From: Chrysomallon squamiferum
Lineage: Eukaryota; Animalia; Mollusca
Reading direction: 5' to 3'
DNA: 64,000 nt
NCBI GenBank assembly: GCA_012295275.1
Contig: CM022671.1
Location: forward strand, 22,568,001-22,632,000
The position numbers and the translations under genes are program-made. The notes below the pieces were generated by a model. It worked only from the letters and a program-made list of their open reading frames with translations, did no database searches and was not told the DNA's origin. Below are positions 55,574 to 64,000 of this stretch, in pieces. Position 1 is the first letter of the stretch, and every line of letters starts with the position of its first letter.

Positions 55574-55824
55574 AAAGATTTAAACTGTCTTCAGAAATCT
55601 GGGCTATCTATTTGCTAGATAAATAGTTCAGTACCTGTACTGGGAGTAGTTCCGTATCGTTGCTATGGAAATGATATTTACCAAATTCACCTTATGTCAT
55701 CATCTTGTGTTCCATTGTACTACTCTGTATACAGTGCACCTGTTAATTTGTGTTTTGTTATTTTATTTTGGTGATGCACTATATAACGTTTGTGATTTGT
55801 TTGTGACAGACTAGGTCAACTGTC

Positions 55825-55830
55825 AATAAA
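55825..55830 (+). terminator. Candidate polyadenylation signal for TMEM132 (would imply a ~5.4 kb 3' UTR)
   Basis: AATAAA in a non-A-rich context, with TGTA motifs about 100 nt upstream and a GT/T-rich tract (tctgtcttgttctcgtg) downstream. Many other AATAAA occur by chance in this AT-rich DNA. Confidence 0.3.
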
Positions 55831-56089
55831 CCATTTCATTATATCTGTCTTGTTCTCGTGGAAGCACCGTTACACAACAGCTGTTCTGGCAGTGATTAAA
55901 CTCTCCTGGGTGATAGCTTGGCTAAACTGTTTCATTTAACTGTTAACCTGTAGGATTTTTTTAATTTCCTTCAGTGTCTGCCTCTGCAGCCTCTGCAGTA
56001 TGTTAAGTTATAACTGAATTTCTGGAGTATTGTGTATCTTCATCAGTCCATTGCTATCTACCTCTTTTTCTTTTTTGTTTATTTATTTA

Positions 56090-56164
<75 letters not shown>

Positions 56165-56635
56165 TATTTTATTTATTTATTTATTTATTTGTTTGTTTGT
56201 TTGTTTGTTTGTTTTCACTGTAGATGGTACTGCCTATTTTGGCAGTGAAGGGGTTAAATTTCCACGAATACCAGATCATTATTGCCTTATCTGTTATTTT
56301 TCTCTGTTGTATCACACTTGGTCTGAACTATTAAACTTTTCTGTAGTATCATATATTGTTTGAATTTTTCAATATTACAGAGCCAGTTACAAAATAAATA
56401 AATAAATAAATAAATGAACAATATATCGGTATTACCACATTTGACAAAACCATTAACATATTTTTAACCAACAGTATTTGGAAGTCATATGTGTGACTGA
56501 ATCCACTGTGAAATATGTCAAAAGGGTTAACCATGACATGAAGTGCTCTGAAAATTCTTGTTTTCTCAAAATTTAAAAAAAAAAATTTTTAAATTAAAAT
56601 TAAAACTTAAAAAAAAAAAAAAAAAATAAATAATT

Positions 56636-56666
<31 letters not shown>

Positions 56667-57298
56667 TAAACATTTAAATGATGTATTATCTGGAACTGGT
56701 TTAAAAATATCTGAGGATACTTTTAAGAAATGAAGTGATCTGGCAATCCTTGTTTTCCCAAATAATAATAATAAAAAAATACATACTTACCATGCATTGT
56801 GTGAAACTGGTACATGTTAATCAGATTCAGTACAAACAAATGTTACAAATGGCAAACACTTAATACTTTCTGCTTACAATAGCCGACACACACAATTAGT
56901 TATTCATGGTTGTCTAAGCCTCCATGACCAGTTCTGTAAACATAGTAAACATGTCATCATAATGATTTAATTTTTTTTCTGTGTTATTCTTGAAAGCAGT
57001 TGTGGTTATAAAGCATGCTTCAGATATGACTGGGTGTAAGATCGATACTCAGGAGTTTGGTATTTTTTCAAACACATTTGTTTGTTCATCCTGTCAGTGG
57101 GAACATGCAGTTCACTATTCCTTCATACCAACTGATAAGAGAGATCATCTACTGGGTGACATAGCTTGAAATATAAACAGTGTCAACCAGGTCAATAAAT
57201 AAATAAATATTTATTAAGACTGATCAGTATCTGTTAATCATGCTGAACAACCATACATAAAATCAGCCAGGGTTTTTTGGTTGTTTTTTTTAATTTTG

Positions 57299-57358
<60 letters not shown>

Positions 57359-57974
57359 GATAAAGTAACATTTTATAGATTTCTTGAATATCAAAAGACT
57401 GAATTGTCTTTTCTCAGTTAACATTAAAAAAAATATTCATGAAATTTCCAGATCTATAAATAACTATACTGAGTAACTACAACAACAAAAAAAAATAGAT
57501 ACATTTAAAAAAATAAAATAAAATAAAATAAATAATAAATAAAAAAAATAAAACATATTTTTAATATGCATAAAATAACCTCTTTACAAAATGCATTTAA
57601 CATATTTAGGTACACCAGTCTTACAGCACTGAGGATAATTAAGTTTAGAAAATAAAACAGTTCTTAATTTGATTTAAATCTGTTTCAGTCTTGGAACAGG
57701 AAATAAATAAAACAGTTTTTTACATAGACGTATGTAACCATCACTGATAGAATCTGCAGGAAAAGTTAGTTACAGGAATCTGTTCAAATAATTAAAAATG
57801 GCATCAGGTGGAACCACTCTTTGATGTCAGTTTGTAATGGAACAAAAATACATTTATGTACAGGTATCTTCCACTCAGTTGGGGTAATAATTTTCTAAGT
57901 GATAAATGTCGAGTGCAAATGGCAGACATATAAACATGACAGAATCACGCACACACACAGAAAGAGAGAGACTG

Positions 57975-58006
<32 letters not shown>

Positions 58007-58858
58007 ATAATATATTTGATATCTTGGCCCTCCTCCAAAACACTGCATAGCTATCTAGGCTCCTCTCTCCAAAAGGTTTCCAAACCCTGACATATGATTA
58101 TATATTTCTCTAAGCTGAGAAGGTGAAATTAAAACTGCCTTGCTGTTAGCTGAAAATCAAAACAGATCTTTGTGTATGATTTTAATTTATGTCTGAATAT
58201 GAAATGGTTAATATCCAAAATCAGATGAAATAAAAATTAAAGTTGTCTTTGTGATAATGAAGAACAAAAACTACAGAACAACAGACTGGAATGTTAAATA
58301 TACCAGCCACGAATGTTGTTTCGGAATAAATAAAAGCTAAATCTCAAGATAATGGACTATATATACAGGATAGTACATACCACAAATTGCCAACACAGAC
58401 TAAAACAGCTAAAACAAAAAAGATTTAAAAATAAAATAAAATAAATAAATAAATAGATAAATGGTATAGTTTTTTTTATAAAATCTAAATCATCACCAAG
58501 ACTAAAAAATATTCTATAAGTTAATACTGCAAAAGTTGTCAAAATTTTTACTAAGTGTAATAAATGGAATGTTGGAACATAAAGTTAATTATATAAAAAT
58601 GTTAATGATGAACATTAGTATAAAATTTTAAATTAAAATTGTTCAAGAAATAATAAAATATAATTTAATAAATATAAATATGATGGGTAATATTATGAAA
58701 CATGATTAGTATGAGAAAAAAATAAAGATAGGACAGTTGTTAATTAATTAGCAAAATTTAAAAATTGTTTCTTCTAAGAATTGTAATACAAAATTGAAAA
58801 TATCTTGTGTAACTAGAAAGAGAATGTATGAAAATCAATATAATAATAATAATACATA

Positions 58859-59094
58859 AATAAATAAATAACTTAATTAATCAAAGGCATCTTAAAATGT
58901 GGATCTGTTTAGGTATATAAAGTGTAATATTTAAGTACTGAAAATTAGTGGCATAAACAATATCTTACCCAATAAATAAATAACTTAATTAATCAAAGAC
59001 ATCTTAAAATGTGGATCTGTTTAGGTATATAAAGTGTAATATTTAAGTACTGAAAATTAGTGGCATAAACAATATCTTACCCAATAAATAAATA
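58859..59094. repeat. 112-bp tandem duplication, two copies, one mismatch
   Basis: 58859-58970 and 58971-59082 differ only at aaagGcatc/aaagAcatc. AATAAATAAATA sits at all three junctions. Confidence 0.95.
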
Positions 59095-59370
59095 TTTAAA
59101 TAAAAATAATGAAAAATAATGAAAAGTATATGAATTATATCCTGAAGCATGAAATCTAAAAGCAAGAATAAAATAAAAACAGTTATTTTCTGTGAAAATA
59201 AATTTCATACAATGCCTATTTACAATTTCATTATTGATAATAATTAAATTAATTTTTTGTGAAAGCTTTGATGAATTCCGTCTTAGATAAAATAAAACAA
59301 ACTCGTTGTAAATACGTGTTGCTGTTTTGTTCACTTTATAGCAGAAAATGTACGTCATACTTTAAATACC

Positions 59371-59409
<39 letters not shown>

Positions 59410-59699
59410 AATAATGTTAAAATCTTTAAATTATTATTATTATTATTATTATTATTACAGTATATTTTCTTTTTGACTATATACTTCCAAACACTTCGGG
59501 TAAAGCTCTGGTATTGATCTCGACTTTTAATGAAATGCCTACACTAGATATCGGTAACCTTGGACTGTAAAAAGAGAAAGTTTCTTATTCTCTCGTTTTA
59601 AAACATTTCTAAAGTTTATGTATTGCTCATTTCAATTATTAATAAATATGTCTTTTTAACTTAATTTAAAATCTACAGTCTTCAAGTGAGAAATTAGTG

Positions 59700-60291
59700 G
59701 TTATTGAATAGTAAATTTCCTCTCGTTACCATTTACATGCAACTGATCACGCGATAGACGTATGGCGTTTTGATACTAAGAAAAAACCTTGGTCAAAACA
59801 CCAACAAATCGACTTTAATAATTTGTAACAAAATAATTATTTTCAGGCAATATATTTTTTTTTCTTTGATTATTATTATTATTTTCCTATATGTATTTAT
59901 TTTAAAGAAATCATAGAACACAATTCATTCATTCATAATTATTTCGCAGTACGTTTTTTGCTACTGCTAAACATGGATCTAAATAATTTATTTTATTTTT
60001 ACAAACGTGTAACCTATCAAAATATTTGTAGTAAACGATTATATAGATATATCTGTATATTTGATAATAATAGCTATATTTAGTAGTAAAGGTTTTAAGG
60101 CACAATTTATATAATTCGAACGATACATATGCCGGCCACTGCAGAGTTGTCTGCCCGCCGTGCTCTTAATGCTCCCAATACGTCATACATGTCTGATTGT
60201 CGACGCCATCTCATCGCTAGCTGAACTTCGATTATCAACTGGGTAAAACTCGGGCCTGCTTGATTGCATCAACTGTACTCTACTCTAAGAT
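59700..60291 (+). promoter_or_regulatory. BCL7 promoter / 5' UTR, CpG-enriched
   Basis: CpG dinucleotides rise sharply relative to the CpG-poor flanks, especially at 60115-60690, directly around the BCL7 ATG. YY1-like CGCCATCT at 60204-60211. Confidence 0.55.
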
Positions 60292-60383
60292 ATGCTCTCG
60301 CGCTCAGTCCGTGCAGAAACCAGGAGTAGAGCGAAAGAGGACATCAAACGGGTTATAAATGCCATCGACAAAGTCAGAAAATG
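60292..60383 (+). CDS. BCL7: BCL7 family protein (SWI/SNF-BAF subunit), coding exon 1
   Basis: [30 protein letters not shown](W) is the BCL7 N-terminal domain signature ([16 protein letters not shown]). Donor TG|GTGAGT. Missed by the ORF track because it is short. Confidence 0.97.
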
Positions 60384-61958
60384 GTGAGTGTATTTTTCTC
60401 GGTTATCGACCTGGGAGTGTGCGTCTCTTTGTTTTCATCTGGGCGTTTTTCTGTCAAAATTCTGTCGCGATCCCGGGGGTAAACACATTTCGTACGGATC
60501 AGGAAGAAAGTAGGTATTATAACACGTGGCTTTGTTTACTATTACAGTGCTTATTTTATTCTAGCTATGGTTTATGCTGTAGTGTGCATTGTTAAACTGG
60601 CGCTGTTTATTGGACTGTTCCATCTAGATCCAATCGAGGCCGCAGGTTCTCAACTCGGAAATTTTTTGTTTTAGGGTCTCCGGGTCCTGTGTTTTAATAC
60701 ATTTAAATCAAATAATATTCATAATAACCTAGTGGATCAGTTTTTAATAGAAATAGAAATGTATCAAAAAGTAATGTGTTTAATTAAACATATTTAAAAA
60801 AAAATATATATATATATATATAAAAAAATATATTGTATTTTGGAATTTGTTTTGACAAACTCAGCACTTGTTACATTAAAATTTATTTTCTCACTAACTT
60901 TAGAAATTTAAACAAATAATGACACATACACACATGCAAATATACAAACTATTAATAAGAAATATAATAAAAATAAATGGATATAATTTATTTAGTTTTA
61001 TAATATTTAAGTTAAAATCTATTATATATGAAGTATTGTTAATGATGAAATTTTATTGCAGTTACTTCAAAGCCATTTGTTAAGTTTTACATAAACTATT
61101 AACTGGACTGTATTTCTAAACGTACCAGTAACAAAGTAAATAATTATAAAGGTTTGATATTATAAATTGTTGATAGTCCTTAGTTTTTGTGGTGTGTATT
61201 CAGAATTTAGAATAAGAAGTTTAAAAAAAAGGAAAACTTACAAACCATATCATCATTATGAAATACAAATGAAACTTCAAATGTGTAACATCTACAAATA
61301 TTTCATTTTTTTTTTTTTAATTGGCTCTTTTAATTCAAAAGAATTCAATCTAAAATAAAGATCTCTGTTGTATCTACATACAAGTACATTGAAGAACTAA
61401 TAATTGTTAATAAGCAACTTCCTGATTTATTATATGAAAAAGAACAAGATAAAAAAATAATAATAATAATGTAGAAATGAAAAAAGAAATAAAAAATAAC
61501 ATTGTTCTACTCACGTGACTTAAGTGTGCATAAAATTAAAAACCAAGAAGAACTTTTTTTTTGATTTATTCAAATTAGCAAAAGAGGAACAACATTGTGA
61601 AGGCTCTAAAATACTGAGTCTGTGTAGATATTTTGTATTTCCGTTGATGTTTGATAATGTAAATATTCCTTGATTAGATAACACTGTATCAGTGTTTCTG
61701 TCAAAAGTGTCCTGTAATATTTAATATACATGACAAATGTGTATATGCTGAAAGTTAAATAAACACAAGATATATGATATATGTTTTTAAGTTATACAAG
61801 ATAACACAGAAATGATTAACACTAAGAAACAGATTCATTTCAGTTGCAAAAACATTCTAATTATGTTATTTGAATATTTTGAATTTGTAATTAAAATATT
61901 AAAACCAAAGCCATCTGGATTTGTAGGTTATAATGCAGCTATTATTATTATTATTATA

Positions 61959-62028
<70 letters not shown>

Positions 62029-62262
62029 CTTTATTATTATTATTGTTATTGCTATTATTATTATTATATAAATATATTTATATATCTTACAAGGTAGCAC
62101 AGTATCATAACACAACAGTTAACAAGATATCACATAATATCTTTGGCATCATATACAACATAGCTTAACATTGTGTCACATAACGTTACATTACACAACA
62201 ATACAGTTCATGTCAGAATAGTATGTTGTATCGGGTAACATTACATTGCGTAATATAACAAT

Positions 62263-62420
62263 AGTGTTTCCCCTGTGCAGAAATAGGAGGGCAGCCCAGC
62301 TTGCCTCTTTTTGGGGTCACCCTTGTGTCTGAAATTCAGAAAATGTCCACCCTCGTTTGCCTAAATTTTCAGTAAAACATACCCATAGTTATCACAATGT
62401 TGCCTAGAATCTGACTATAA
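62263..62420 (+). mobile_element. Possible DNA-transposon 5' end remnant
   Basis: tagtgtttcccc start followed by a GC-richer block embedded in an AT-rich minisatellite. It resembles CAGTGTTTCCC hAT-like ends; no partner TIR seen. Confidence 0.22.
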
Positions 62421-62589
62421 TTACTGTTGTCTGCAGGCATCAGTTTGTCTAGAAAATGACACTTTTTGGTACTAATAAACAAATACAAACAGCATTTTGT
62501 ATTGTCATAAATACAAATGACGTTTTTAGTGCTAATCAACAAATACAAAATGACACTTTTTAGTGTATCAAATATTCACAAATGTTGAA

Positions 62590-63240
62590 CTGCATCATAT
62601 ATCATTACAATGTATCATACAACATTATTTTGCATCACTTAATATTACAGTATATATAACATAGTGTATAATAAAATATTTCAGTATATATAACATTATA
62701 GTGCATCACAAAATATTACAGTATATATAACATTATAGTGTGTCATATAATATTTCAGTATATTGTATAACATAATGCATCATATAACATTATAGTGCAT
62801 TTACATAACAAAGTGCGTAACATAATATTACAATATATCATATAACCTTATTGTGCATCACATAATATTACAGAATATCATATAACAGTATAGTGCATCA
62901 CATAACATATATATCGTATACCATTATATAATATAACATAGTACATCGTATAACATTACAGTGTATCACATAATATTGCAGTGCATCACAGAACATGTAA
63001 TATTACAATAAATCAAATAACATTACAGTACTTTACGTAGTGTTACAGTATATTACACAGGATAGTACATTATAGAATATGTAACATTACAGTGTATCAC
63101 TAATGTAGATAACAATACTTAATAAAACAACATCCTCATACAACATAACAGTACATTACAATACAGCATATATCATTACACTACAGCATAACATCTTGGT
63201 ACACATTTGTTCAATACACAATATTATATCACAGAACATA
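62590..63240. repeat. Degenerate AT-rich minisatellite (atattacagtatatataacattatagtgcatcac)
   Basis: Recurring ~17/35-bp subunits in BCL7 intron 1. Confidence 0.85.
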
Positions 63241-63299
63241 AAAGCACATGACAGAGTATACAGGACAGAAGTACATTTTATAAACTTGATTCACTGTAG

Positions 63300-63358
63300 G
63301 GAGAAGAAATGGGTGAATATTGGAGACACGTCAATGAGAATTTTCAAATGGGTTCCAG
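63300..63358 (+). CDS. BCL7: BCL7 coding exon 2 (gene continues beyond the window)
   Basis: Acceptor tcactgtAG|G completes TGG (W). Reads WEKKWVNIGDTSMRIFKWVP, matching conserved WEKKWVTVGDTSLRIxKWVP. Donor CAG|GTAAGT at 63359. Confidence 0.97.
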
Positions 63359-63545
63359 GTAAGTTTATTTATTATTTTACTGCTTGTCTGAACCATATAA
63401 GTTTCATAAGATTCTAAATTAAAAATTATCTCAGCTATAAAATATTAAAAAGTTTCACAGAAAGATGAGATTTCAAACGTAGACTGCTTTGAAACGTGGT
63501 AAGAAGTGACTCGTCAGTTTGTTTTATTTACTTTGCCCACTGGAA

Positions 63546-63990
63546 CAAGATAAAATAAGCCAAATCTAGTTTATGGTTATCTGTTTAAACCTCTGTTACA
63601 TTTACTCTATGCAAAGAGGTTTCATGGATTGCAGGATCTGTCCTTCTCAGTGACTAAATAAGATAAAGTAAGCCAAATCTACTTTAAGGTTGTCTGTTTA
63701 ACATTTAAATGTCAGTTAAGCTCTATAGTGACTCCCATGTAAAGAGCTGGGTTGTGAAAAAAGTAGCTGAACTTTCATGGATTGTAGGATCAGTCCTCAG
63801 TGACTACAAAAGATAAAAAATAAGCCAAATCTGCTTTAAAGTTGTCTGTGAAATCTCATAAATCTCTATTAAACTTTACATTAAAGATTTGTATTATAAA
63901 ACATTTAACTGACGTTTTGTAGACTGCAGGATCAATCCTTCCCAAAAGATAAAATAAGCCGAATCTGTTTCAATGTTATTATCTGTTTTA
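63546..63990. repeat. Tandem repeat, ~110-150 bp unit, at least 4 copies, in BCL7 intron 2
   Basis: aagataaa(a)taagcc(a/g)aatct at ~63547, 63660, 63810 and 63946; gattg(c/t)aggatc..tcc..cagtgact recurs. Confidence 0.85.
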
Positions 63991-64000
63991 TTTTTAAATC

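Noticed and set aside
60359-60595. 78-aa ORF at BCL7
   Set aside because: Out of frame with BCL7 exon 1 and runs through its GTGAGT donor into the intron.

Overview
AT-rich, microsatellite-dense animal genomic DNA, probably a mollusc, judging by SINE remnants resembling a gastropod/bivalve family (inference). The + strand carries two spliced protein-coding genes. (1) A TMEM132-family single-pass membrane protein gene: eight coding exons from 3070 to 50451 with phase-consistent GT-AG introns, one of them 29.7 kb. The signal-peptide exon lies upstream of the window. (2) The first two coding exons of BCL7, a SWI/SNF (BAF) subunit, at 60292-63358, behind a CpG-enriched promoter. The most striking anomaly is in the last TMEM132 exon: the main frame hits a TAG at 49603, while the family-like sequence runs in another frame between two compensating frame switches. 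An assembly indel pair is the most likely cause, but it should be tested. The rest is intronic or intergenic: microsatellites, degenerate minisatellites, local duplications, two old tRNA-derived SINE copies and several imperfect inverted repeats. Nearly all other ORF-track entries are low-complexity artefacts. I found no evidence for a new multi-gene system; the candidates below are RNA-level or structural oddities.
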